A stretch of DNA of 61,820 nt, counting the filler, from Choristocarpus tenellus KU-1152 (taxonomy: Eukaryota > Protista > Phaeophyceae): the NCBI GenBank assembly GCA_964200185.2. It is 7 parts of 7 records of this genome, joined end to end, with 100 filler letters (N's around TTAATTAATTAA, not from the genome) between each part and the next. Parts side by side here need not be neighbours in the genome. Positions count along the whole stretch, not along the records: positions 9,021 to 14,356 come from CAXNAD020011109.1; positions 14,457 to 19,938 come from CAXNAD020010644.1; positions 20,039 to 33,705 come from CAXNAD020001413.1; 4 more parts are not named here. The stretch is one strand, 5' to 3'. Each line of letters opens with the position of its first letter. Positions within the stretch are counted from its first letter, which is position 1. A program made the position numbers and the translations under genes. The notes beneath the pieces are model-generated. The model did not search any database. It was given only the letters and a program-made list of their open reading frames with translations, and had not been told where the DNA came from. This document shows positions 10,462 through 24,100 of the stretch, piece by piece.

Positions 10462-13050
10462 ATGTCGGGAAAAGACTTCCACTCTCAGTCTTGGAGGCCG
10501 CCAAGACGGTCTGAAAGGATCGAGGTGAGGCGTTGGAGTCATATTTTATATGCATGTTTGCAGTGACCCAGTTCACACATCTGTCTCTAAAGAGAAATTT
10601 TCGTTTTTGATGGTATTATGTAACCTGGATGAATTTATTCGTGCACCATATAGGAGGTGGGACCTGCCCGGAGACCAATATCATCGAGGTCGTCGGGATC
10701 GTCACAAGCAGAGGCCCATGCGGGTGGACGCGGTCAGGGACCTAGTGCTTTGATATCGATGCCGGAGGAAACCAAGCGGGAGTACAGACCCACTATGGAG
10801 AATGCTGACAGGTTAGGTCCTGGAGTGAGGACTGTGCACACATCTCATCTCGCCTGCCTGAAAGCAGTATCGACGTGGGGAGGGAAGTATCGACCAGTAC
10901 CTAAAACATTCACTACGCTCTTTACATGCTGTGGTCCTTTCCTTCCTATGTTGTCCTTTTTCGCGAAAATCTTTTGCTGAGTCCCCAATAATTCTATCTC
11001 CAGGATCGGTAATGGTGAGACAGTTTTGATGGCAGGTAGAACTGAATCCGTCGTTGCTGACGAGCCTTTGATCCTTCCACTCACTTCGTCTCCTACTTAC
11101 TTGGCAGTGCATGTGGGGGTAGTATGCACGACTCACCCCTAGATGCACCTGAAGATGATAGGGTGGTGTCTGATATCCCTCCATACGAGGTTTCCATATC
11201 AGATACGAGCTCTCTTCCTCGGGCCCAGCGAAGGGAAGCTCTCCCATCGGCCTTATCCATTGTTGACAGGTACGGGATAGTCATGAGTGTGTAGCAGGGA
11301 CGGGGTTAGATGTGTTACCGTCATTGGGCGAGTTTATTTTTCGGGGAGTATTGCAGGTTCCCAATCTTTTCTGATCATTCTGATACATCGCTCGCAGCTT
11401 TGTTTGTGGCTACAACCTTACGAACCAATCTAGTGGAGTGTAACAGGAGCCCAAGGCCAACATTGAGCTTGTCCAATTAATGGAGATGTTTGGTTCTTCC
11501 TGTGGATGCCTAGAGTAATTGGCCAGCTGCCAAAAACCTACTTTGCCAATTACCCATGTCTTGTCCGTCTTCTTCACCCCCGTTATCGCTTCACAGTGCT
11601 TGCGGGGGTAACAGTGCGTATAATGCGGGACCATCAGCAGCAAATGGGGCCGATATTTACGATATCATCGAGGAAGAAAACACTGCAATGGAGGTTGTAC
11701 CAAGAGCAAAAGGGCCTCGTCCTCCCCCAATACGGCGACACCAGCGCCAGAGCAGCGCAGCGTCTTCAGGTCGTGGGATTCTCAGGAGGGGGGGCAGCAG
11801 GGGTAGCAGTCTCGGCGGGGTCTTCAGGGCTGGTTTCAGCAGAGTGAAGTCAGTTTCCAGGTGGGTTGTAGGGTAGAATAACTGTTGAAGGGATCAAATT
11901 TTCCTTGTAAGGTATGGAAGGTGAGCGTGTGTAAGCTGTATCACAATCGTATTGTAGTCATAGAGATGTGGTAGAGGTGCACATCAGGGAATGTACAGCA
12001 ATTTTTCCATATGTATTTCTTTCCAGCATGCTAGGTAGGTGGTGTCTCAGTGCGCCTGAACTGTAGACCTAGTTGAAACCTTTCGAGACAGATGATCCAA
12101 AGAGTTTTGGTGAAAGAAGCCAGTCGATTCATTTATGTCAGTATAAACCATTTGACACAAGGCGGTGGAGTCAACAAATTTCTAGTTTGCTCCAGGACAG
12201 GTGTGGTAAATCTCTGAAATGTGTTCCATCTACACTCATGTACTCTGGGTGCATCTCCTGGGGAAGGCATCACTAGTTGGGATTATGCCTGCATACTCTT
12301 CTTATTACTGTGTATTATACTTGAATGGTTGTGACTCTTGTTTGTGTTTTTTTACTGGCAAACTCTTCTGTTGGAAATTATTTTCCTCAAGCTGATTTAT
12401 CTGCATCGATATACGAAAAGCATTGCACCTAACTATATCAATATATCTGTGAGACAAATAAATAGTATAGTGAGGTAGTTGAGTGCTTTCAACCACATTG
12501 TAATGCTTCAACTCTGGCTTGATGCATGCCTTTTGAATGGCGAGATGGTATGAACCAGACCTCTGTACTTAGCATCTGGTTTGTCATTTATATTTCTTCA
12601 GAAGTGCAAGCGCTATAAGAAGAAATCTTGCACAAATATTGAGTGTTTTGTGATCTTGTCACGATCTCTCAACGCCTGTTGCACATTTCTTGATTCACCT
12701 GTTGATGGTCTGCAGTCCGATATATATATATATATATATATATATTTCTTGTGCAATAGTCAACTGTATCCATTGGTTAATGCATTGTGTTCTGTGCAGA
12801 CTCTGGTTCTGAAGGTACACCCTTTTGAATAGGTTAGCATGTGGGAAGTGCTTCTGGAGGTGTTCGTACAGTCTGCACTGATGTGTCCACCGCCATCGTT
12901 TTTTTTTTAATTTTTTTTAATTTTTTTAATTTTTTGGTAAAAAAGGTTTGACCCTGACTCTCCAGCCCAGAGCATCGGCTTTCGGAGCAGAGAGGAGAGC
13001 ATGATCGATGAAGAAGACCTCGAGTCATCTGTGGGGGGTGATGGGCGCAT
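10462..13050 (+). CDS. Hypothetical protein, 5' exons (S/R/G/E-rich, likely disordered)
   Basis: ATG at 10462. Exons 10462-10524, 10654-10811, 11108-11269 and 11597-11860 join in frame with canonical sites. A further probable exon lies near 12966-13050 (SIGFRSREESMIDEEDLESSVGGDGR). Confidence 0.6.
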
Positions 13051-14184
13051 GTGAGCATGATAGGGGATTTGAAAGGGTGTTACGGGGCAGGGGTGGGGGG
13101 TGAAGGAGACAGTATGAAGGAGAACTCTGCTGGCATTGCGTCTTTATTGTATCTTTTTTGGAAGCTCTTGTTGAGTAGTGGTTGATTCTTGAGATACTGT
13201 GAGGTCAGAGCAGTTGATGGATCTGATTGGTTAACTGATGTAGCAGAATGAAGCCGTTGTTGAATCTTCTGTGAGGGGTGTTCGGGTCAGTCATTGGTCA
13301 TTTCTCGAGGTTGTTGCAAGAGGGGGGACAAAAGCTGTAAGTGTGTGGGAGGTGAGTAGGAGGGGAATGTCCTGAAGGGGGCAGGGTTACAGAGCACATG
13401 AATACGAGCTGGGTTGGGTTATATGATTATTCTAATTGTTGTTCTGTGGTTCTGATCTTTCTTTTGTGGTCATTCTCTTGTACAAAAAAATTATTGCTGT
13501 TGTCTTGCTTGTGTAACATTCATAGCAGACTACGATCGGAGCCCTGTAAAAATGAGTTTTTTTTATGTAGAGAGTGTAGTGCTGTCCTCAATAAAATGAC
13601 TGGAAAACTGTTTTATGTAGGATAATTGTTTGTACACGATGTGGTTTATGGAATGGTACTCATTTTTTAATTTTTTTTGTAACAGCTTGAAACCGTTGTG
13701 GTTGTACCACAGATAACAAGGGTTAGAAAAAAAGCTAGTAGGGTCTTGGAATAAGTGTTCTGTCTTTGTGTGGACATGCAGTCTATGTGGTGAATCACGA
13801 ACAGAGTGTCGTATGTAGAAGATCTTTTTTGTGTTTTGTGGAGACCAAAAATGCTGTATCCTGTGATGGCATAGTTTCAGAAGCTATATCATTCACAGTT
13901 GGCATGCAACAGGAGGTTTTGAGAAGGAAGAATAGATAGGGAGGGAGTGAGAGAGGGGGGGGAGAGGGGGGGGGAGGCGGGATTTGATGGGGGACAGCGA
14001 AATGGGTGGGAGGAGGGAGGAGGGGAAGGCGTAAATGCTTTCATAGTACAAACCTCAGAATAGATAGACACGGCAGCTGTGTTGGATTGGTAACATCATC
14101 TCAGTTGCTACGATCGATTGGATTATTTGTGCGGCCCTTCAAATTGAGTTTGAAGGTTGATATTTTCTTTTTCTTTCTCTCATG

Positions 14185-14356
14185 CGTGTGTGTGGGTGTG
14201 TGGGTGTGTGGGTGTGTGGGTGTGTGGGTGTGTGGGTGTGGGTGTGTGGGTGTGTGGGTGGGTGTGGGTGTGGGTGTGGGTGTGGGTGTGGGTGTGGGTG
14301 TGGGTGTAGGTGTGGGTGTGGGTGTGGGTGTGGGTGTGGGTGTGGGTGTGGGTGTG
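14185..14356 (+). repeat. (GTGTGTGG)n/(GTGTGG)n microsatellite at contig end
   Basis: Direct inspection. Confidence 0.97.
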
Positions 14357-15935
14357 NNNNNNNNNNNNNNNNNNNNNNNNNNNNNNNNNNNNNNNNNNNN
14401 TTAATTAATTAANNNNNNNNNNNNNNNNNNNNNNNNNNNNNNNNNNNNNNNNNNNNGGGTACAAGTTGTAGTTTTCTGGATGACTAGAAACTCTGTCGTG
14501 ATGTTATGAGAGGGTGTGGTTGATGTATGCACTCTTCAAAAAAAAATAACAAGTATATTGCTTTTTTACTTCGTTACTTCTGATATTAATGACAATAGCA
14601 GAGCATGTACACTATGTATACACTATATATATGTATACCCCACAATAAAGAGGCTATGGTTGGTAGATTCTTAGGAAGGATTGATATTGTTGACATGTGT
14701 ATTATTGTTATTGTTCATTATCAATATGTTTGCTTCAGCCTTGGGACTATCCCACCCTTCACTTGGAGGCATCACACACTGTACTGCTTCTCACAGTACC
14801 TATTGTAAATAACTGTTGAACAATGACCAATTGTACTGTGTTACCTGCATTCATGCCTTGCTTCTCACACGTTGGGTTCAGAACTCCAGCCGCTGATTGG
14901 TCTGTTTCCTCCTCCCTCAAATCAAGTACTCCATTATCCACGTGGCCCTAACACTAACCCTGAATCTGACAACAAGTCCAGTGTTGTAACATTATTATTA
15001 TTATTATTATTGGTTTGTCGAGAACAAGGCAAAGTTGAAGAGTTGTGTATAAAATGAGCAGTGGCCCATTCTTATTTTTATTTGAGTGTACCCCTTATGT
15101 CCGCGAGCAGTGGTGGTAACCAAGTGACAGTTTCCAGCTCAAGCAATTCCTATCCTATCCCTGTGGTTCACTCTGTCTACTATTTACTATTGATAGTCCC
15201 ATCTAAGAAAGTTCTTAGAAACTTCCATTTGCTCTCAACAAAGATGCCACATAATACATTACTTTGATTTGACAGTAGTTGCCTTGGAATATTTCAGAAA
15301 CCCATGGCTAAATTGTGGGGTCTTGTGAGGACTGAGGCCTTTTATCTTTTTATGACAAATTAAATGCCCTTACCCCCTAATAACCCTAATCCTAACACCA
15401 CCAGGCCTCGTAAATCACTCTACCTATACCTATTAGAGTGCAAGACTGTATTTATATTACTTGACAAGGCGCGGTGCTCCTTAGAACTTCATTGGGGTTT
15501 TTTTGTTGGTATTAATGGTAGTTTATGGGTTATGTGATCCAGCAAAAGGGTAGCCAAGAGTGGGCAAGGTCTTTGAGAGTTTGCCCTCCACCCCTATTGC
15601 TACTATTAATATGATGTATGGAAGGTAGTTGAATTGACTCTGAACACTCAGGAAATGGGTTAGTAAGTTTTCAGCAAACTATAATTTTCACCAACGGGGG
15701 GGATGTGGGGAGTGTGTTGGGAGAGGTGAATCTTTTTTTGGATGCAGTGGTCATCTCATCCCAGTAACTGTTGCTAAAAATAGTAATTATGATAATAGGG
15801 TGACTTCTGAATATATCAGCAGACACATCCAATTCCATGGAACAACACACACACACACACACACACACATATGACATGTATGTGTATTAGTTAACATGGT
15901 AACTCTAACCCTAGTGTGTATATTTGTGTGAATAG

Positions 15936-17077
15936 GTAAGAGAGAGGCACCGCCATCGGTATGAGGTCAACCCTGCAGTGGTGGAGGACTTGGAGAGGGC
16001 AGGGATGAGGTTTGTTGGGCGGAACAAGGATGGGACTGGTGAAAGAATGGAGGTGTTGGAGCTTAGCGAAGAAGATCACCCATATTTCATGGGAGCACAG
16101 GTGAGTGCATGGATGGGATGGTGAGGCAGAGGTGGGGGTCAGATGGTGAGGTGAGGTGAATCATGCTTTTGCTGGGAAGATGAAGAAGGGATTACAAGGC
16201 TTGGTTAAAACTCACCAATCAACATGCTGTACCATAGGCTTTTGGGTAGACCATGCACATAGGCACCTGTACTCTTGTTATTCCCATTGTAAGGGTACAC
16301 CTCTCTGGGGTCAGCTTTCCTTTCACCATGGATCCACCTCTTTGTTTGCCTTGCCTGACCAACAGTCACACCTTTGCCCATTTCCACCTAGCCCAACTCA
16401 TTTGTCCCATGTCTCTTACTACCTCAAACTCTCCCCAAACAGTGTAGCAAGCAGGTGGTTATCTATATTGAAAGTGTGAAGGCACTCTGCACCTCTACAC
16501 CTCTACACACATGCCAGTATTCGTTTTTACTCATTTTGTACTCTGGAATAGAAGATTGTAAATTGTAGAGTTGTGCCACAAAAAGAATACATCAGAATAC
16601 ATACATCATAAAGATAACAAGTACCGACCTACCTACCCGCACAGTTATGTAAGATTAAATCAACAACACTTCACTTCATGGCAATACTACTAATAATAAT
16701 ATTAATAAAATAGAGTAATTGTGAGGTTTTGGGGTTGGCAAGGAACATCTTCATTGGTGGGATGCTGTCAACGTGTTGAATTGAGTCAGTCCTTGCCCTG
16801 CAGCATTGTGTGTAATCCTGTCTGCCATGTGTCTCTTTATTCAAAGGCAATTCAATTGTCATCTAAATTACAAAAACCATCTCCAAACTCACTCGCCTTG
16901 CAGCCAATACCAACACCACTACACGATACACCGTATACCTACCTACCTGCACTGTTGTGATGCCACCTACAGTACCACCCAGAGTTCAAGAGCCAACCTG
17001 GTCACCCTTCCCCTCTCTTCATTGGGCTATTATCCGCTGCCGGAAAATTGATGGAAGATGAAGTACCACCATCATGA
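15936..17077 (+). CDS. CTPS: CTP synthase, last two exons (glutaminase domain C-terminus)
   Basis: Exon 15936-16100 [13 protein letters not shown]...[21 protein letters not shown] and exon 16973-17077 [20 protein letters not shown]...*. Contains the ERHRHRYE and QYHPEF signature motifs. Confidence 0.95.
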
Positions 17078-17146
17078 TCTGATCTAGGGATGGATGAACA
17101 ACTAGCATATTAAAGGAATAAGATAGTGCATCCTTTGTTAGAGTGG

Positions 17147-17164
17147 TTAGGGTTAGGGTTAGGG
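17147..17164 (+). repeat. Interstitial telomeric repeat (TTAGGG)3
   Basis: Direct. Similar tracts at 17580-17596, 42096-42120 (CCCTAA)4 and 52101-52134 (TTTAGGG)4TTAGGG. Confidence 0.85.
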
Positions 17165-20059
17165 TTGTTGGTTGGACAGACGTAGGGATTTGTTTGAAAT
17201 GGAATTTTGACTTTCGCCTTTCCTGGGAAAGTTCCTTGTGAGTTTCAACATACACAAGGGGATTTTTTTCGAAAAAAATTCTCGGAAGGTTTTAGCACAT
17301 GCCACTGCATCTCTGATCCTACCTCTTACATAGCTTTGGTAGGTTATATTTTCTTGGATGTTCTTTAAGATAAAGAGAGGTTCTACGTCATCTTGCAGCT
17401 GTTCTTTCAGAATCAATTTTTGTGGTTGAAGAACCGATCTTCAAACTTTGATTGGGAGTGCACTTTAGTTGTTTTTTCTTCCCATTGAGGTTTGACCTCC
17501 CTTTTTGACCCCCTGAGGGGTGTATATGTTAGCATTGGTACAAGGCTTGTGTGTCATTAGGCATGTTAGTGCTGCTGAGTAGGGTTAGGGTTAGGGATGA
17601 ATGATGGCACTTTCACGGGTATTTGGTGACAAGAGAGTTGTGGTGCAATTCCATTATTTACTTGCAGAGTAGTAAGAAAGCTCCAGAGCCTTGGCTTAGT
17701 ATCCCAAGAAAGGGCAGTGATAACCACTCCTTCATCTCTGTCACTCTCTGCTTGTGCTAATAGTTTATCTACAGTCAATCACTGCAATGCTTGAAAAAAA
17801 AATGACAAGGAAACCTTGGATCAACCAAAGATTTCCACTTCTTCCTGGCAGCAGCATAGCATTGTTTCCACCCAAATCAGTGCTGGAACAGCTGATGAAG
17901 GTGGGGGGAAATGGAGACATGTTTCTAAAGTATGTATATTCTTATGTTTGAGCGTAAAGGGAAATGATGTCCTTGCTTTAACACAAAGAATAATCTGACC
18001 CATTTTTGATAGTAGTGACTCTATTGGGGGGGAGGTTTTGGTATCATGCTATTATACGAGATAGGGATGAAGGAGACTTGAAGCTGTATTTAATAGGTGA
18101 GATGGAAAGATCCCTGTGAATACAGTTGTCAGCTCGTGATGTGCACCTGCAGGTGCAAACTAGTATGGAGTAGAATGAGATAGTGACCAATAGGTGGTGC
18201 CATGATGAGACAGACCCATTTCACTTCAAGGTCACTCACTATCTGTAAGAACCTTGTGCCAGTAGGGTGTTGCAGCATGAAAGTCATGCTTTTGTAAACA
18301 AGATTCTTTGTGTGGAAAATAACTCAGTTGGTCAAGGAGTGACTGACATACATATCCAATTTGGAAATCTCTGGACTTGAGAAACCATACATTGTTGATA
18401 TGATCAGTGGAGGCCCTGACGGTGTGGAGGATGTTATTGTTTTGTGGTGAAGTTGTTGGTTGGGTAAGTCATATGACATTGGGGGCGTGGAATGGTACAT
18501 GCATTCTCAACAAAAAAAAATGAATGTTCCCATAACCAAGGATATATTGGAGACCATACTTACAACCGCTGTGCACATTTCAGTCACACTCAAGTACTTC
18601 ACTGTTGGGCAAGCACTGTGCCACTCCACATAACCGTTTCAAAGTATATATAGATGCACTGGTATTAATTAGTGTACGCATTGCAGGATGTATGAAATCA
18701 TTTTCTGTCATGAACTGGTACAGAAAGGAACCTCAAGGGTACAATCCTCACATGGATACATACTCTTGCTCTCCTTCTCAGTACTTAATGTATACTGTAT
18801 GCCAACGAAGTCCAAACAATCTATAAGATACATACATTTCAAAATACATTCCTTGAACAGAGGATATCGAGCATATCTAACACATGGTTTTTGGGAAAGG
18901 TCTACATGGTATAGCCTACTTGAGATTTATGAAGCTTGTATGCAAGGGTTGTCTGTCTTTCCCACCCTTCTAGACCATAGTCATATCTGAGTGAATTGAA
19001 GCGTCCTTACTACTATAACTTGAGTGAAAAAGGCCAATTGTTTGATCACACGCTCTGGATCACTCTAACATGTTGGATCTACTTGCAAAGCTTACAACCG
19101 TGCCAGCTCTGTGCTCTGTCCTCAAAACCTCCAGCACGACCACAGGTTGAATTACTAATTATCACCAAGGAGAATGGGAATGTATTTTGATGATTTAGAA
19201 TTCAGATCTTCATACCATGCTCCTCATGTGCATTACCTCAAGCAGTTCATCACAAAATGGGTGGGGAGAGAGAGGGGGGGTAAGGTATAGTGAGGGCATA
19301 GGGGGAAGTGAGGACCAATAGACAAAAGCAGAGCTGAATTCATGCCATCCTACACAAACATAAAACAGCAAACCAAGGTTCCATAGGGAAAAATCCTCCA
19401 TGTAGAACTCTAAACTTAAGTTTCATTCAATTAATGGGAATGACATACTGTAGTGTTTCAGGTGTACGTCCGCACAAGCCACATAGAATCTAGTGGGTCT
19501 TGAGGAGTACAGCACTCTGGTGTGAAGGTTGAACTATTATATAATTTACAACAGCATCAGCAGTACTTCTACTTCTGGTAACATGCAAACACACACCATC
19601 AACTCTACTTCTGTAGTGGTGGTACTCAAGGTAGTACTCCAGTCTTTTCAAGTTCAAACAAAGGTCTCCTGCCTCAACTCTCAACCCAGCCCTGCCCCTC
19701 ACCCCTTTCCCCCCCCTGCCTTCCTAAGCTGCCTTGCCCTTTTCCTTGCAGCAACCCTCTTCCTCCATATCACCTCCCCACCCCAACCTCCTTCCACAAC
19801 CCCCATCCCCACTCCATCCCTCTCACTCTCTATTACTCCCCCTCCTCCTCCTCGACCCACAACCCTAAGAGTCCTCTCTCGCTCCCCTAACTGAGTCCTT
19901 GCTGACTCTACCCCACCCCCCCCGGTCCATGCACTTGANNNNNNNNNNNNNNNNNNNNNNNNNNNNNNNNNNNNNNNNNNNNTTAATTAATTAANNNNNN
20001 NNNNNNNNNNNNNNNNNNNNNNNNNNNNNNNNNNNNNNCCCCCAGATACTTTGACCCAA

Positions 20060-20168
20060 TAATAATATTAATGTTAATAGTACTTACTAAACTACTAAAT
20101 ACTAATACTGTATGAGTATTAGTATTGTAGTAATAGTAATAGTAATAGTAATAGTATTAGTATTAGTA
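20060..20168. repeat. AT-rich (TAGTAA/TAGTAT)n low-complexity tract
   Basis: Direct inspection. Confidence 0.8.
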
Positions 20169-21115
20169 TGAAGTATAATCTATACGAAAGCGTTCTCCGT
20201 ATGTTTCTCGTTTTTCTTACACGACAAATCTCTGGAACATACGTTTCTATGCATGTACTTTCATATGTAGAACATTAAAGCAACTATGTAATTTCCTAGG
20301 TATAACACAGTTGGATTTCTATGCACCTTTGTATTTCTAGGTAAGGTGTATTTTAGTATTTCTTTATATTTATGTCCATCGCAATAGTGCGGGATGATCA
20401 CGACCCATGGTCAGAGGCACAACAACCCCACTACTTCTCATACTAACTACTGACTAACTGTTAAATATACGGCTAATTGTATTGCCTCCATCCTTTCTTG
20501 AGTGTTAAGTAAAAGTACTCCCCCTGATTGTCGCTCTGTTTCCTTCCTCGAATTTTCGGTCAAATCCGCCCGAAGTTTTCCACCTTGATCTTGGTCTGGC
20601 ATTTTTGTAGTAAAGGCACAGACAGGATAGTACAAGTGTAAAATCCGATGAAGTTTGCTATGGGGATAGGATAATCGAATTCAAGAATGGAATTCTGTTT
20701 GGAAGGGGTTCGAACCAACTAAATTAATCCAGATAGCAGTAACCTTTCAAACTCAATGTGGTACAACAACGCTGTGTTGTACAGTAAGCAGTAAGTTGTA
20801 CATTATAGCAAGCAACGTTGTGCGTTGGTGACGTTTTTTGTACGTTGCAATATCCTTCGAGAAGTTAAGCCCATACATATTTAACTATTACATATTTTTC
20901 GACCTTTGTTACACCGAGAGGCACTCTACATCCTATTCTTCTAGGGACTTGTTGGGAGGGTCAAGCGGACTACCAATTTATCTGTAGAGGTGAGGGGTGT
21001 GGGCGGAACGTGTTTCAAACTGGTATAGGGTGCTGGGTAGCGCTGAGGGATCTCCTTGTGAGTCCCACCCTGGCCCTAAACGGGTCGGGGTATCATAAGG
21101 GTCGTGGAGCCAACT

Positions 21116-24100
21116 ATGGGTAACAAGGCGGCGAACGGAATCACGCTGGACTCACATACAGAAACAACAGGAGGGCGACAGGAAGGGTCTGGTATCGTAT
21201 TTCACGCGGTAGGACCTGTGGGGCACTCTGTTGGAGGAGATATGGATGGGAATGTAGATGGCAGCTGTGTGTCTGCTGCCCCTCCGGAGAGACTCATGGC
21301 AGATTCGGATGGGAGCATAGATGCAGAGGGAGAGTACGCTGGTCCCGTTGTCGAATCTCGGCGGATGGAGGATGATGCTGTTATGCTAGAGGCGGGGTCT
21401 CCTCCTGTAGATCACGCTGGAGATAGGATTAACTTTACCCGTAATAACAGCCAGTCTTCCATGAACAACAACGGTGTTCCATCTCCAACAAGCATGGGGG
21501 CTGACTTGGTGGAGGCAGCTGCGGTAGTCGAGGCGCGCCTTCCCGAGCGTGCTCCCCCTGTTGCGATGGGATCCGTGACCTCGTATCCGCCACATCCAGG
21601 TGGCGAGGGTATCGATCTTCAATTGCCACCACTAAACGACCCCAGGACGCTGCACGAGTCAGAGGATGCTCTTAGATTGGCGGGACGTGTTTCTCCCAGC
21701 AATGCAGATGGGCGTGATGGGAAAGGGGCGCAGTGAGTATGCTAGTTTTTGTTGTGTGGGCCCCGTTTTGTGTTGTATACTAGTCGGGTGGCTTGTGGAG
21801 GAGGATTATATTGAGCGTAAATTATCAACAATGCTTACTCTTTTTGTGCTAGTGCGTTAAGTGATCCAGTATACCTTCGCTTTCACTACTTTCTTCTCAA
21901 GTATGTATGAAAAATATGATCAATTTTGTTATTTTAGGCCCACACATCTGAGTGAGAACCCTTATCGCAATTAGACGATTCTTTTACCAGAGCTTTATTT
22001 ATGAAATTGTAACGGCCAGTACTAACTCAGCTGTCTCACCTTTCCCTCGATTTATGATTATCTCGACTCATAGTACTATTTCTCTTGTGTATGCTGGTTC
22101 AAATTACGTTCATGTAGATTATTGCTTTATAGGTGAGATCATGTTGCAGATTCGTAGATTTCAGCAGTCATCACAGCTGGTACCTTCTCTGTTGTCCTGA
22201 CATCCGGAGTGTCATCTTTGCCCTTACCTCTCCACTCTTTCCACAGTGTGGAGGTGTCCGTTTTTAAGTACCAGCCAGGAGTGCAGACTCCACAAGAAAA
22301 CCTTCACAACTACCGTATCAATTTTCGTGGAGCAGCAATCACTGGGAGCCTCAATCAGCAGGAGGAGAGGAGGGACATCAGTGGTACTGTAGACATTGCG
22401 ACAGGTGAAGGCATAGTGAGCTTTTTTCAATCCCTGTAACAAATTTCTCTACTACTGTTTATGCATGTTTTACTTACTCTTCGTCAGCATCCCTCATCCT
22501 GACTTCAATTACCCAGGGGTGTGGAAGATGTGGTAGGGGTTTGACTATTACCATTCAATATATTATTGTGTATGGATGAAACTATGTTGTGCTGTGGTCG
22601 TTGCGCACTCATTTTTCCAATCAATTGCATGCATTTTTAGTTGAAAATTTTCTTGCACGTTTTGATGCAAGCAAGATAGTGCTTGAGGCCAGGTTCTTTA
22701 GGTAGTCGAGAAGTGCCATTCATAGATCCCAAATATGTGCATATGCTGCCAGTTTTGTTGGTCTAAACGTGGCTGGATTGTGTTACGAGATTTGATTTGA
22801 CATGAGAGAGGAAGCAGCTTACATGGGAATATTTAGGTGCTATCTGACTAGTTAATAATTTGGACTTCCACATTTTTGGAATTATTGTGTCCATAGAGTA
22901 CAATATGTTACAAATTTGTATTGAAACACACGACATTCGACACAAAATTTGTAATGTATTGCTCAATGGTTAACCCCAAAAGTGTGAAAATCCAAGTTCT
23001 TTTGGACAGACCAGATGCCTCAACCACATGTTGCTGAATATGCTACTTCTTGATATAAAAAAAGAACAGAACGCGAGTAAGTCACGTTTAGTTTCAGAAA
23101 ATGGCAGCATATAGGTGGATTTAGGATTTCTGAACAGCACCTCTCGACTGACTATATATATAGTCTGAGGTGAGCCATTCTGCGTACATGCCTGCCTACG
23201 TATCATTGGGAAACCCAGTATACAGTGAAATTTTTTTTCTTCCTACCATACCTTGATATTTCTGACTTGATGTGTCTGTGCTATTGTGTAACGTCATCTT
23301 GTTTTTTTCACTTTTGTTGTGGCTATTTTCCCAAACTTTGAATGTGTGATTATTTGGTATGTGGTACAGAGTATGAGAAAAGGAAAGGGGCACCTGTAGC
23401 AAGGCATCACATCAAGGATCATCGTGCTAAACAGCTTCTGGTAGTGCCAAATGATGACAAATTTGTTGCTGTTGCAGCACCTGAGGCATTTTCTCGTCAT
23501 TCAGGAACATGTATGATCCTTGGGGGGCAGGTGAGATGCTTTGATTATGGAAATCCTTTTTTGAGCCTGATTTAGACAATTTCCATGAATATGGGAAGGC
23601 ATGGTATCATGTGATCAATGTGATTGGTGTGTGTGATGTGGTCTGTAGGTTTCACTCTGTAGCGCCTTGATATATTGGAATTTCTTGAGTTTATCCATTC
23701 ATTGTTGGAGACACACAAAGCTGCCATGTCATTTGACCGTGCCTTGTCTTTTTTAGGGAAATTAACAATACAATCAGGATAGTGATGGATGAAATATGAA
23801 CCCCAACAATGGGATTGGTGGATTGTTTTATTTCAAGTAGGTGTGTCTAATCTTTATTCAGGTGGCTTACCACCCCCAACGCTTCATACTCAATAACCCT
23901 TGCATGTTGAAGAGCTGACCACTACATCCTCCTGGATGCAAAATTCACTGACTTTTTTCAGGGAGCTTATGGTACTGGAGCATCCAAGTCATATGAGCTC
24001 AAGCTTGGCAACTTTCTACGCATTGGCTCGGTGGGTGTGGTTGTTAGTGAGGTTCATACAGGTGCTGGGGGTGAGCACAAGTGCTTGTCTTGGGAGGAAC

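Noticed and set aside
14006-14412. GV- and CG-repeat ORFs
   Set aside because: Translations of the GT-rich microsatellite running into Ns.
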